A stretch of DNA of 61,455 bases, filler included, from Choristocarpus tenellus KU-1152 (taxonomy: Eukaryota; Protista; Phaeophyceae): assembly GCA_964200185.2 (NCBI GenBank). It is 14 parts of 14 records of this genome, joined end to end, with 100 filler letters (N's around TTAATTAATTAA, not from the genome) between each part and the next. Parts side by side here need not be neighbours in the genome. Positions count along the whole stretch, not along the records: positions 27,447 to 31,060 come from CAXNAD020018949.1; positions 31,161 to 35,320 come from CAXNAD020015915.1; positions 35,421 to 39,095 come from CAXNAD020018580.1; positions 39,196 to 42,363 come from CAXNAD020021819.1; positions 42,464 to 48,597 come from CAXNAD020008866.1; 9 more parts are not named here. One strand, 5' to 3'. The notes under the pieces are model-generated. The model made no database searches and was not told where the DNA came from. It was given only the letters and a program-made list of their open reading frames with translations. A program made the position numbers and the translations under genes. This document shows positions 30,140-42,935 of the stretch, piece after piece (position 1 is the stretch's first letter; every line of letters starts with the position of its first letter).

Positions 30140-30982
30140 CTGTTAGACACAGGAGTTTTTCATGGCAAGTGGGGCGGGGAGGGGAGTAGGAAACAGCTGA
30201 ATTACTTTTTTTCTTTTCTTTTTGTCAACCACCCTCCACCCCCAACCAATTTACGATTCTCATCCATCGTTCTTCACCTTCAATAGAGCCCAGTTAAAAC
30301 CAACATACTAGTAACTTCACAAATCTATACTCCCTACTATCAAACTCCCCACATGAGACATGTTCAGTAAGCAGGAACTCGATGAGCAAATGCGCTTAAG
30401 CGAGAGGGGGGGGGTTGTGTGTTTAGAGGTAGAGTGCTGTTGACGACCATCACTCGGGTCAGTGTTAGAGCGGATCTTGAGCCTGAGTGTCAACCGACGT
30501 CGATGAACACGGCTAAATTGGCGATGGAACAAGGGGCTTCATAACATGACCTTCATTTTGTGCTTCAATACGGTTTGGGATTATCTGGAAAGGTTCACAA
30601 GCCGTTATTCTGTCCTTTTTTACTTTTCCCACTACTGCTCTGCAATAATCTCCCTCGCCTCTAACTTGTTCCAATGTCAATAATACCAACAGTATTATGT
30701 AGGATCTCCAGACATAGTAAGAAAAAACTGCATTTTTGTCTATACATTATATGCTCCTCCTTGAAATCTGGGTCTTGTACAAAAAGGTGATTGGTACGTG
30801 CTGCTCATTTTCCCCTCATTCCGTACCTATTGGTTGAGGGAGGACTGAACTACCTAGTTGCTATGTTCTGGCTTAATTTTAAGGCCTGAGGGGTGAAGGA
30901 ACAGTATAGAAGTAAAGGAGATTTATGCTGGTCTTGGATTTTGTGATCTCACAGAAATACAGAAGCTAAATTTCTGTGGTCT

Positions 30983-31040
30983 GGGTCAAAGTATCTGGGA
31001 GGGGGTGGCGGCTGTCCATTTGGGGTCAATTTTTTCATGT
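30983..31040. mobile_element. MITE family B, truncated at contig end
   Basis: GGGTCAAAGTATCTGGGAGGGGG..GGCTGTCCATTTGGGGTCAATTTTTTCATGTC. Confidence 0.85.
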
Positions 31041-32092
31041 CTCGATTTTTGGGTGATTTGNNNNNNNNNNNNNNNNNNNNNNNNNNNNNNNNNNNNNNNN
31101 NNNNTTAATTAATTAANNNNNNNNNNNNNNNNNNNNNNNNNNNNNNNNNNNNNNNNNNNNATATGTAAGGTAAAACAAAGGGAATGTACATCGAACCTCC
31201 CCATCCTACATGCCCTCCCCAACCCCCACCCCCACCCCCACCCCCAAACAAGATTTCTGATCCACTCTGTATTCAAGAAACCAAGGATCCTTCAGGCAGG
31301 CAGGCACACAGCGCATCCACCCCCTACCCCTGTTTCCCCTCACCCTCCACCCCAAAATCAAGCTGCTTACCAAAGGAGTCTCCATCTTAAGTCCCTTGCA
31401 TGGTCTCGTATCAGGTGACTGGATTGCAGCAGTCCAAAGTAGAGTAAGGACAGGTATCACGAGTGGGAGCCAGAGGGTGGGATAAGTGCACTGCTTGCTG
31501 CTTTCTGTACAACAAAATACCTCTGCACTTACTACATAATACAAAAATACTGGTCAATGGATACTTCCTACAATGTCTCATACTTTTTCATGTATTAACC
31601 ACAACTGGGAGAGCCCAGTGGTGCACAGTACTAAAAGACAGTGATGTCATTTTCTGAAGAATAGGCAGTTGCATCTTTTGCTTGCAGTGACTTCCTCAAG
31701 TCACCTTTTACAGCCCGTGTACCTCAACCCATTCCTGTGATTCAGCTTTTTCTTACGGCTATTAAGTATCCATGCAGTGAAACATATCATTTTCAGGGGG
31801 AACTCAACATTGAAGTCAAGGGTAGTCTAGAGTATGCTAGAGTGAAAGTTACACCAGTGAAACAAAGCACTAACTCTCAGCTTGCACATTTACCCACCAT
31901 AATTCTACCCATGATTGCTCTACCTGTCTATAATGAATCCTTCCAAAGATTTCAACATACTGCAACAAAAAAGCTGTAAAAACGATTGCTAAAATGGCAA
32001 ATAAATCCACCTGCGCCTCATCTACACAATATCAGATATTCCTATACTAAAATCCACAACTTGAATATTCCGTTGTTCACCCACCCAATTAC

Positions 32093-33313
32093 CCTTTCTT
32101 CACCGTCATTGAACTTGGTTGCCTCTTTGCTGTAGATCGCAACATGCGAGAGGATAATGCTGGCGGGCCTCTTTTCACAGTGGACCGCGTGGGCCGCCCA
32201 CCCCGGCGTCCAGTGGCAGTCTCCATAGTGCTGGGTGTTTTTGCCACAGTGTGGTGCCGGCACCCCTTCGTCAAAACAGTGCTGCACTCAGAGGGGGAGA
32301 AGGTGGAAAATTCAACATGGAAGATTGAGGAGGGGATGTGGACTTGGGTGCTCAAGGGTACCTGCTATTTCTTGATAAATTGATAATTCTATCCTTGTGT
32401 ATAGAGCTCCAAGATACGCCTCTGGTGATGGTTACTGGTGCATGAGGGGGAAAGGGAAGAGCTATTTCACTTTTTGTGCTAAGCAACTCTTCTGTCGCAT
32501 CAGAGAAAAAGAGTCGGCAATGTGCTTTCCTCAACAAAGAAGCATCACTTGTACAGGACTCCTTGTTGCAAGTGTCATTGGGACTGGCGGGTGAGACTAT
32601 TTGACAAATATGAGCTAGGGCCTCCGTGAAGGTTTTTTTTTTGTACACTGATACCATAGAAAAGTAAATAGTCAAGGGAAAACAAGGCTCTGTCATAAGC
32701 TTCACTTGGACTGCACGCACCGAGGTTCTAGATCCTTCTCCTCCACATGTATGTTGGGCTCGATGAGTGCAAGCACTACCTCCGGGTCCTCGTCATACTC
32801 CTCGCAGTACTGACTCACTGTCATTTTCTGCATACTTTTTGAGAGAGGATATGCAGCATGCATTTCCTTGATCTGGTGACCCATGTCCTCTAGCATCATG
32901 TCACCCTTAGCCTTCACTGGAGAGAAGGCGTGACAAGGGTATTGGAAGTGGATTTGAACTGGGCAGCCATAGAGTGAATTCTTACATACTGGTGTTACAT
33001 ACTCGAAGGATCCTAGTGAAAGCAAGAAAAATATGTGACCAAAAAATATTGCGTGGATTGGCGTCGAATGGTCACCTGTCGGCCAAATCTCATCCCACCA
33101 CGCCACAAGCTGGGCAAAGCCAGGATGGGAATTCCATGCTTTTTCGAGCTCGAGGAATGTCGCTGGTAACTCCGTGGCACCCTCAGGCCGTTCTAATTTC
33201 TGGGTACCCTTAGGCCGCTCCGAAGATTCTTGAGCAACATTCTCCATTTCCACCTTTTCTTCCACAACCTTCTTCTTGCGACTCCCCCCCTTCCCCTTAG
33301 CCCTTGGAGGCAT
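32093..33313 (-). CDS. 5' exons of a probably nuclear protein, possibly Borealin/CDCA8-like
   Basis: Exons 33313-33076, 32916-32721 and 32281-32093 join with compatible phases (1, 2). Basic N-terminus MPPRAKGKGGSRKKK, then PLSKSMQKMTVSQYCEEY (resembles the Borealin-N LP..VR.MT..EF motif), then an S/T/R-rich region with a TP site. Confidence 0.6.
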
Positions 33314-33641
33314 ATCAACCTATCTTCTCTAGGTCTACCCCACTGTCGTCAGAAAGAACCTCGCAAAGTGTTGAATGACGAATTAGAAGCACGCTTATTT
33401 GGGTCGGTGACACTGATATCCTTTAAGTTGTGAGCAGGGAGGCGTAACTTGTACTGGTCATGGAGGTGGGCATTTGTTGAGTAAACGAGAAAATCTAAAC
33501 GGACATTTTTCAGATGTGTCATAGGAAAAAACAATGAAAACTACTCACATGTCAGTAAAAACCCGTAAGTAAAATTTGTGACAAATAATGTGAAAACACT
33601 TTCTCTTATTTCATTACTATAATTGTACCACAAGTAAGGAG

Positions 33642-33790
33642 CATGGGAGGCATCCCAAGAATCCAACAAACCGCTCCTTGCCCATCTCCCTGGTGACTCC
33701 AGCTTAAAACGCATGACACTTCTAGACAGTGCCACCTGCGTTGCTACCAAGACTATTTGACGTAGACGGGATTTGACCTCCCCTTTCCTG
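33642..33790 (-). mobile_element. 3' fragment of a non-LTR retrotransposon (probable REL/CRE type); second copy 47640-47795
   Basis: Minus strand encodes KGEVKSRLRQIVLVATQVALSRSVMRFKL. The nucleotide homolog GCATCCCAAGAATC...CATCTCCCTGGTG.CTCCAGCT...ACGGGATTTGAC is at 47640. Confidence 0.55.
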
Positions 33791-34449
33791 CCATAGCCTC
33801 CAGTTCCTCCTCCCCATTAATACTACCACCACTACTGATACAAGCAAATTGCCATGTAAAGTAGCAACCGTGACGATGTGTACAAACGCTAAAGTGACTC
33901 TCACAGGACTAATCAGAGTGGATGGCGTTCACCACCGGATTCCTAGTGAAAACTAGACCCTGTTGGACATGTCAATGCCAGGAATCCGTCCACCATAACG
34001 CTCGGGTGGGTCTAAAGGAATGGATGCTCCAAATGGTGGTACAATCTAATATGTTAATGATGCCTGCTAAAACATGATCGATCTTGCTTAATGTTTTGAG
34101 TGAGCATGACGATCTGCCACACCCGCTAAAATTATGCAACTTTGTAGAAGTAGTGCTTTAGAGTACCGACAAAACTAGTTTCCGAGACTAATTATTATGC
34201 ATACTCACTGATTTCCTGTTAATACATCATGCAGCATGTTTGAACTGTGGGACTTGTCTCAATGATCAGCGACTCTTCATGTATGGTCAGTTTAGGAGTA
34301 GTTTTATCTATAGTTCTCCTACTTTTTTTGTTTTATTTTTTTGTTTTCTTGTGTTCAAACACACTAGTATTACACTAGAACTCTTTTGGCTTTTTGGTGT
34401 CTCCAACACCTAACGAAGTTTCGCCAGGATGATAACAGTAACATTGATT

Positions 34450-35220
34450 TGATTTGTAAGAAAGTCATTTAATTCGGTCTGACTGTCTGCCCCAAAGACA
34501 CAAACAAACCGTGTCTCTACAGTCTCCTAATAATAGTAAGTAAGGCTGTAGAAACCGTGCAGATCCAGGCTCTGGACCAGAGGTATAATCAGATCGACAA
34601 CAATGTCAAGTAGTAGTAGTGATGTCGTTATCACTGGTTTGATCACCTGGAGAATTCAGAAAGCTTTGAGTTGTTTGCCACGTAAATACAGCTACATGCT
34701 TTACTACAGGATCTCGAGTGAATCATTGAGCTTTCAGGATTCTAATGCTCAATGCTGAAGTGCTTGAAGTTCGGTTACCATATGGTTGGTTGGATGAAAC
34801 GGATATAATGCCAGGTTCATCATGTGAAGATCCATTTGCATCACCACAAGTTCTTCTTCCCCTGTACAGGATTTCACAAGCGGGTACACCCTGATCATGT
34901 CCTATCCTACAAAGATGTTCCTGTTGCGAAAACTGGGTGTGAGAGTATTTGGGTGACAGTGCACAGACGGAGAATCCTAATTGCTGAGTCAGTGTCACAC
35001 ATGGGGGATGAGCGACTTCCCAATGTGCTGATGTTTGGGGAACTTGCAGGTGGAAAACAGAATCGAGATGAACAGGAAGAGAACAGGCGGATATGCCTTG
35101 GAGACGACATCAAGAAGTTGGGATCTATGGTTCGAGGGTTTGATCACCAGGGCCATCCATCCACAGAAAAAGTGGTACAGATGTGTGACTGTTCGTAAAA
35201 TGACCTTCATGGCTGAGTAA
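34450..35220 (+). mobile_element. Degenerate RTE-like LINE, 3' part of ORF
   Basis: RILMLNAEVLE..LPYG, HVLSYKD, KTGCESIWVTVHRRRILIAESVSHMGDERLPNVLMFGELAGG match the RTE-clade post-RT motif (R.PK..MFGEL..G). Frameshifted. Confidence 0.85.
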
Positions 35221-35524
35221 TATATAAGGAAGCTGTGATAACCCAAATGTGTGTGGTGGGTCAAAGTATCTGGGTGGGAGAGTATTTGGGTGACAGTGCA
35301 CAGACGGAGAATCCTAATTGNNNNNNNNNNNNNNNNNNNNNNNNNNNNNNNNNNNNNNNNNNNNTTAATTAATTAANNNNNNNNNNNNNNNNNNNNNNNN
35401 NNNNNNNNNNNNNNNNNNNNTTTGCCCGACACGGCCGCCCCCTCCCCACCCCCCCCCCCCCCAGATACTTTGACCCTTGTGGCGAACCAATCTGCATAAT
35501 TGTCATCAGAAAATTGAAGGAGTT

Positions 35525-35783
35525 GAGTCAAAGTATTCAAGAAGGTAGGAGTTTTGCCCTGTTTGTCCGTTTGGTGCCTAGCTTCCCACGGGGCGTTTAT
35601 GACATTTTTCCTACTTCAAAACGTTTTCGAGTAGTTAAAATGTACAAAACTATGAAAAGGTGTGTCCAGAACAAGGATATTGACACTTCCCAACAAATAC
35701 GATAGCCAAGATTGAATCAAATAGAAACAGTGGATTTTAGAACCCAAATGGACTCGGCTTTACCCTCGAAGGTGCTTTGACCC
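35525..35783. mobile_element. MITE family A, complete, 4-bp TSD AGTT
   Basis: AGTT at 35521-35524 and 35784-35787. Confidence 0.92.
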
Positions 35784-36314
35784 AGTTTGGTGTGGAGCCT
35801 ATCAAAGGCCATGAGTGAAGTTCCCAACCCCAAACCACTCCAGTTCCAGCTGCGCCTCCTCTACCGAGAGTATATGGTTAAGGCGCTTAAGTGTTTGAAT
35901 AGCTTCATGTAGGAAAGGATCGTAACCAGAAGATGCTTGTGAGTTTCACCGTGAAAATATACACTGGTTCGTTATTTTTCTCCGCCAACATTTTGTCTTA
36001 GCCATACATTATCAATGGCGTATGACCAAAGACTGCCTCATCATACCGTTACGTACGTTATTACTTTGCATTGTACCGAACTAAAGATAAAGTCCATGAA
36101 CTCTGTGATATATGTTCGTTTAGACATCCAACTCTATCGGACAGTTACGGTAAAATATGTACGGAGTAAAGGAACAATCAATTAGTGGTTGAGTTATCAG
36201 AACCTTTTACTAGTGAATAGTTGTATGAGAAAATTTTTCATATAAAAGGAAATATTTATGATTTTATGGGGGTGCTGCATGCCCCACTTAACTTTAATCA
36301 ATCACTCTACAGAC

Positions 36315-36376
36315 ATCAAGCAATTTTCACTGGGTTTACCTTTATCCTCTTTGATGATTTGGGAGATACTTTAACA
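36315..36376 (+). repeat. Dispersed repeat ending GATACTTTAACA (probable LTR 3' end); second copy 58388-58469
   Basis: CAAGCAAT...GGGTTTA...TATCCTCTTTGATGATTT..G.GATACTTTAACA occurs in both places, and flanks diverge after CA. Confidence 0.55.
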
Positions 36377-36789
36377 CAATATATTGAACCTTAGGTTTTC
36401 ACTCATCATTTCATCATGTCTACATGAGGAGATGCGATTCAAGAACTGCGGGAACCTGTTCCTTCCGAGGGCCCATCTGTTCAAGAATTCAGACAGCTTA
36501 TGGCGACAGTAGCGGAGGTGTCGAGAAACTTTGGCAATCTCATGGTTCAGTCTGAAAGAGTCGGCGACGGAAATCATCCTGTTATCCAGGCCACTGTGCC
36601 CTGCACACGGCCTCCGACTGGGGGCATACCAGTCGAAGTGGGTCCTATGGAACCCATGTTTTGAGGGAACATTTCCTAGAGAGGGGAAAAAGTTCGGATG
36701 CTATGAGTGTCAGAAGTGGGGTGAGCCGGAGGTTCGGTTCTTCGGAGAGCTTGGGATCAGGCGCAAATATTGTTCTCGCCCTACAACAA

Positions 36790-39095
36790 AGAGATCAAGG
36801 ACCCAACCACCAAACCTATTGGACGACAAGGACTACCAGGACTGGCGGAGGCGTTTCATCGTGCATTGCAGATATACCCACTGCTTGGGTGCGTTGACAA
36901 GCGAAAGACCCGTCAATCGAGAACGCTCCTACGAGGATCTTCTCTCGGATGGCTTCAGTGTGAATGATATCTGGGTGACGAAAGAGGCCTACCACGCACT
37001 TACTGTTGCTCTCATCGCACCCACCACCAGGGCACTGTGCTATACTTACCAAGAGCGAGCGAGCTTTTCCGAGCAATAGATGATTGGTTCAAGCCTAATA
37101 CAGTGGGTAATAGCCAACATTTGTTCCGTGAGTTTTTCACTTCAATGGTGGAGAAGGGGGTGAATTCGATCCTGACCTTAATCCACCTGGAAGAGCTACG
37201 GGGGATGATGCTATCAATAGACCTGGTCATCTCGGATAAGCTGCTGCTCCTACAGTTCCTGAGTACTCTCGGATCAGATTACAATACCGAGATACGCATG
37301 ATGGCCTTGCAGAGAACACTATGTCGAGCAGACGTAGAGAAAACTGCTAGAGAGCGATATTCTTCCCTTCATCAGGGAAAGGACTCAAGACACAAGAACA
37401 GCCATGCTTTGGTTGTTAACAGCTCATCACCGGGGAAGAGTCAATCTCATCGCAGTGGCCAAGGTCGCGGCGTCGAACTTAAATATAATGGTGGAAGAAA
37501 GAAGAATGGTTCTAATTCCAAATCAAAACGTTCCGAGAAGATTCCTTGTGAGAGATGTGGAAAGCATGGACATGAGAAGGCAGCTTGCCCAAATCACATT
37601 TTGCACCAAGTGTGGTGGACATGCCATGATGCGACAACATGCACTGAGTGAAAGTATCTTAGAAGGTACGAATTTTTCCGTGTTTTTCCATTTGAAGCTT
37701 GGCTTAACATGGGTTTTTTAATGACATTTTTCTACTCCAAAATGTTTAGGAGAAGGTAAAATGTGTTTGTTCTGAAAAGGTGTGTCCGAAACATAGATAT
37801 TGGCACTTCCTAACAAACACGATAGCCAAAATTACATNNNNNNNNNNAACATTAGATTTTGACCCCCAAATGGACGCGGCTCTACCCTCTAAGATATTTT
37901 AGCTCACTTGGGTGCATGACTACTTGGTGCTGTCTGGGAAAGAAGAGATCGAGACCGAGGCGAATCATTCCCATATTACTGTTGAACGTATCACCAGCTG
38001 CGGCGACAACGAGCGATACGCACCACTAGCCGCCACTGAGGACTCTCCGAGAAGCAATGCTCCAGGCAAATGTGGGGAAAACGAATGTTTGGTGTCAAGT
38101 GTTGGGGTTGGCTGCGAGAAAGAAGAATGGATTTTGGACACGGTGCGGCTTCATGTCACATTATAAATACATGGTAAATTCCATGAAAAATTACAAGCCT
38201 TGTATAGGAGATCAAAGGGTAGTTACTGCCAGCATAAATTTCCTTTTGCATCGCTGGTCATGGTGATCTAACCATCTTGTTTCCGTCACGCGACAACAAG
38301 GAGGTAGAAATACTCCTACAAAGTGTCGCTCATGTTCCAAATCTTGGATTTAATATTGTCTCTTGCCAAGGAGCAGCTGACAAGGATGCGAAAGGCATTT
38401 TCACAACAAGTACGTTCTCGTTGTTAGATGGAGTACTTAACTTCACAAGAGATCCTAGTTGTCATTACAACCCTCCATGGTCAACGCATATTGCCGCGAC
38501 CAGGTCGAAATGCTGAACTTGCTCTAAAGGCCACTATAGCCCCCTCGCTTGCACCCTACGCTCCCCACACCAACGTCGACCTTAACCTCTTCCATCGCTC
38601 TTACGGCCACGCACACGAGGCATTGCTCAAGTCCACCGCCTCTTCAATGGGCATTATTACATTGGTGGGTGAGCTGGAGCAATGTGCGGGCTGCTCTATG
38701 AGAAACGGCATACGGAAGGGCGTCCGGTCCAGCACGTCTTCAAGGGTGGTAAGAAAGCTGGATCGGATTTTTGTCGACTTAAGTGGGAATAGGGCTACCC
38801 TTTCAATCGGTGGTAAACAATACACCATGATAATCCGGGACGATTATTACTCTTGTTTTGTTTGGTTGTATATCCTTTGTGCAAAGTCGGATGCCGCCGA
38901 AGACTTCAAGAAGTATCGGGCTGATATCCGGGCTGATGGTACTCCCTCTCGGGTCATGTGTGTGCGGTCTGATAATGGGGGGGAATTATATGAGGATGCT
39001 TTCGGCGCTCTTTGTTGTGATCGAGGGATAAGACAGGAGTTTACACCTGCAGACAGCCCTCAATTTAATGGGGTTGCTGAACGAATGCTGGGTAT
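36790..39095 (+). mobile_element. Ty1/Copia LTR retrotransposon gag-protease-integrase (degenerate, cut by contig end)
   Basis: Gag WRRRF..., zinc knuckle CERCGKHGHEKAAC, protease EEWILDT, pre-integrase HRSYGH..CAGC, integrase FVDLSG..IIRDD..VRSDNGGEL..EFTPADSPQFNGVAER. PR-then-IN order indicates Copia. Confidence 0.95.
37646..37905. mobile_element. MITE family A inserted in Copia gag
   Basis: Flanks (C)ACT / ACT. Removing it restores in-frame HDATTCT-WVHDYL. Confidence 0.92.
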
Positions 39096-39319
39096 NNNNN
39101 NNNNNNNNNNNNNNNNNNNNNNNNNNNNNNNNNNNNNNNTTAATTAATTAANNNNNNNNNNNNNNNNNNNNNNNNNNNNNNNNNNNNNNNNNNNNAAATG
39201 CAAGTCCTATCAAGGATTAGACTTATATCATTCATGATCTACTCGGCATCTGATTATTGCCTGTCCTATGCCCCCCAAGCACAAAGCATACTCAAGGCTG
39301 CTAGTGCGCAAAACAGGCA

Positions 39320-39760
39320 ATGACAAAAATAAGATAAATAAATAAAGAAGGGCCAAATAGTACTAATAATAAACAAAGAAAAACAAAATATAATAAAAAT
39401 AAAACTGAAAATAGATGGAAAATAAGTAAAAACTGACAATAGATAAAAATAAGAAATAAACATGTGGATGGTGAGGGTAACAAAGTGGAAACTGAGTGAA
39501 AAATAAAATAAAATACAATGAAGAATAAGAAAATAAGAAAATGAAAAAGTAAGTAAATAAGGAGAGTAACAACTATGGAAAAAAATAAAAATGAAATTAA
39601 AGTAAGGGGATGATGGGATGAAATCTAAAAATAGATAAACAACAGATAAACAATAGAAAAACATAAGTGAGATATAGAAGATATAAAAAATATCAAGATC
39701 ACAGAGAGTTGTTACAACATAGAAAAGAGGAAAGTAAATAAATTAAAAAAAAGTAGTGAG
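39320..39760. repeat. A-rich low-complexity tract
   Basis: Degenerate AAAT/AAAAT/AAAG repeats, which produce spurious F/I/L-rich minus-strand ORFs. Confidence 0.85.
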
Positions 39761-39949
39761 TTCAGTGTATTTCCAAAGGACTTCAGCCTATACAACCGAT
39801 GCATATTATTGTGTGGTCTAATGTGGGCAGCTTCATTTTAACTTCTGCTGTCTAATGTTCCTTTCAGTGGCTATGATTTTCACTGCTTTAATCTCTTGTT
39901 CTAGCATGTAGCGGCTGAACCTCACCTTGTCCTTCAGGCATACTGTTGT

Positions 39950-40150
39950 AACCGGCTGGGAGGTTTTCTGGAGGAGGCACTCGTCTCTCCTGCTGAATTC
40001 CTCCTTACCTTGATTCTTCAACCATACCCTCCCGTAGAGTGACTTGAACTTACAAACTGGACCCTGTGTCCTACCTGTCTCTTCCGATTTCATCCTTCCA
40101 CAATGTTCGACACTAGTACCAATAGGGAAGAGGTGTAACACATCCCATCG
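39950..40150 (-). pseudogene. Decayed Tudor-like domain, probably from a mobile element
   Basis: LFPIGTSVEH...GPVCKFKSLYGRVWLKNQGKEEFSRR resembles the FP.GT.V...G.V..F..PYWRVRY.D.D.EE..R.E module seen in brown-algal repeat-derived proteins (from memory). Confidence 0.4.
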
Positions 40151-42676
40151 GGGCAAGAGTTGTTCTTGGGTGGGAACATTAGTTGGGTATGATCTTGTGT
40201 TAGGGTTGTGAAGGTTCTAGAAGGAGGCATGATAAACATCCAACTGTAGTAAGGTAAAGCAGTTCATTTCTTCTGTTTTGTTACTTAGTCTGACAACTAT
40301 CCATCTTAGACATTTCCTTTGTATTACAATGCCATTTGCTAAGGTCTGACAAGGGCATATTGTTACTGCTCGATCTGAGCGTTGGAATCTTGACAAAATA
40401 CACCCATGGTGACAGTGGTGATGGTTGGGAGCATTGACCTTCTCTAAATGACAGTTCCCTCTAGCGTTGTCTACAAAATATTGCTCCTAAAAATAATTTC
40501 GTAAGGCAGCCCCACCATTATCCTACAACCCATACTGCGCACTTTTTCCTATTGGAAAAACGCTATTGGAAGTTTTCATGACCTCAATATTAGCATTGGT
40601 GGAATATTGCACCCTCTGGGGTTTGCTGCATTCAAGGTACCTTTGCCTGCCATGTTGAGCTGTGGTAAGCAATTTTCACAAAAATAGAGAAGACCTGCAC
40701 CTATGTCAAGGAGTACCTGTCTGGACAAGCATTCTCGAGTGGACTCTGTGTGGGTGACATAGCAGGGCATATGTCGATACTTGACTAGTACCATAAGCCG
40801 GTGTCATGGGGAATATTATCGAGGCGGAAATGAAAGTCTAAATGTCTATAGTTGGAATGACATGACTGGAAACTTAGACTCAACGGTGTAACTTCAAGAC
40901 GACTCTGCAGCGTCCGAATCGGTTGGGCTTCTCGCGAATAGTGGAGGAAGTTTCGAGTCTTGCATCGCTGCTAAGTATCGGAGATTCGTTTCTATTAAGG
41001 CTACCATCGTACGAGACTCTGCAATGGATTGAGTACCCGGAGATCCTCGGTGGGTTCCCGAAAGGTATGGGAGGATTCCCCAGGGAACTAACGAGTCGTT
41101 TTATATATACCTGCACTCGTCAGTTATGGACGTGAAGCACTCTTGACCAAAGGCATGATGAAAGCATACTCGGTGGGCCCTTAGCCATATATCGACTTCG
41201 TCCTGGGAGGAAGATGATGGAGATAACCCTTTGCCCGAATCGTGCCGACTTCTATCGCTTGCCCTGTCTGTGGCTTAGAGCAAGTGGGGATCAAAGCACA
41301 GGCTGGGGAACGGATGTGACTGGTCGAACGGGTTTTGATGCCTTGCTTTTTGGGAACGGACGAGGTAATTTTTTTGCTGGGAAAGGAAGAAGATTCGGGA
41401 TTTAAGGCTGCACAGACGGCAGGCGAGGAGTTCTGGGTTAAAACAGGTTGAAGCATCGGTGCATGGGCTGCCAGTACAGTACACGGTTGACAACTTCTCT
41501 GTATAAAAGTGAAGTTTGTCTTGACACCTATTCGTGCATGGAAGTCCTGCTGTGGCGATATAGTCCCTGTTTCTGCCTGACGATCAGGGTTTCGACTGAG
41601 ACAGCGCAAGGGTGTGACATGCTAGCAAACAAGCGCATCTACCATTTATCCAAATCAATGTAAGTCTCCTCGTTGTACAATGCAGGTTTATGATTGGCTG
41701 GGATAAATCGGTCGCTTCGATTAGATAACTCTTTTTGAGATCATCAATAATCCGTTAAAGGATTACTGTACTCCGCGAAATTCCTAGTGGGTGAATTTAG
41801 TTTTTAATCTATAAATATATGTCAGGGATAGGTTCCTTTTTGGGATCTCTCCGACACACATATTATGCATAAGACGCGCGGTCATATACAATTGCGCGCG
41901 CCAACCACGTCATTTGAGCTCATCCATACCGATCAGTCCAACGAACCAATCACACCCATAAGATCCGGATTTGACCAAACAGCCAAAATGGACTATCAGA
42001 ACGAAGAACCATTCCGATTCTGATTAATCCATTTATTTGCTGTGACGTTGCTCAGTCATTCTGGAAGATCTGTTGTGTTTTGAGGGTCTTGTTCTGTTCT
42101 GGATTTATTCATCTGTTCTGACATTTGAACCAAGACCTTTGCACTAAGGTGAAGGAGTTTCAGTCCGGTGATTGTGATTGCCCCCTTGAGCAGAGAACTT
42201 GGCGACTTTGACACTTCCACATACACAATATACAATATATAGAGAATAGAGGGGAATTTGATCTGGGTAGGACTTTGGGTACGAGAGTTGGGCTCGTTAG
42301 TACAAATCAATGAGTTGATCTTCACCTATATATCCCCCCCCAAACGAACTTTACATCTAACAGNNNNNNNNNNNNNNNNNNNNNNNNNNNNNNNNNNNNN
42401 NNNNNNNTTAATTAATTAANNNNNNNNNNNNNNNNNNNNNNNNNNNNNNNNNNNNNNNNNNNNCCCCCCCAGATACTTTGACCCACTTGAATGGGGTGGT
42501 ACGACCCACTCCAGGTTTATGGTCAGTGGTGCCATCAACTAAGTCTTGGTTGGACGCTCAAAGCCAGTTCAATATCTGGTTCAGGTATATTCTTCCCAGA
42601 AACAATACAAATACTTCTATGTATTTCTATTTCTGGTTCAGTCAGGATGGCCCTTGCACATATCGTCGCAGTCAAT

Positions 42677-42935
42677 GAGTCAAAGTATCTTAGAGGGTAG
42701 ATCCGCGTCCATTTGGGGGACAAAATTCAATGTTGCAATTTTGATGAAATTTTAGCTATCCTGTTTGTTACGAAATGTCAATATGCTTATTCCGGACACA
42801 CCCTTTCATAACATACATATTTCACCTACTCCTAAGCATTTTGGAGTAGGTAAAATGTCATTAAAAACCTATGGGAAGCCAAGACCCAATTGGACAATCA
42901 CGTAAAAGCTTGTACCCTCTAAGATATATTTACTA
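42677..42935. mobile_element. MITE family A, complete
   Basis: GAGTCAAAGTATCTTAGAGGGTAG...GTACCCTCTAAGATATATTTACTA. Flanks (C)AAT / AAT. Confidence 0.92.

Noticed and set aside
35278-35320. Exact 40-bp copy of LINE sequence 34941-34983 after a MITE TIR
   Set aside because: It sits at a contig end beside a G-rich TIR with local similarity, so it is most likely a mis-join.
36578-36612. Possible Copia primer-binding site (TGTTATCCAGGCCACTG)
   Set aside because: Only loosely resembles GGTTATGGGCCC-type sites and is ~200 bp from the candidate LTR end.
39266-39664. Hydrophobic F/I/L-rich ORFs resembling membrane or mitochondrial proteins
   Set aside because: They are translations of A-rich low-complexity DNA, open in several frames.
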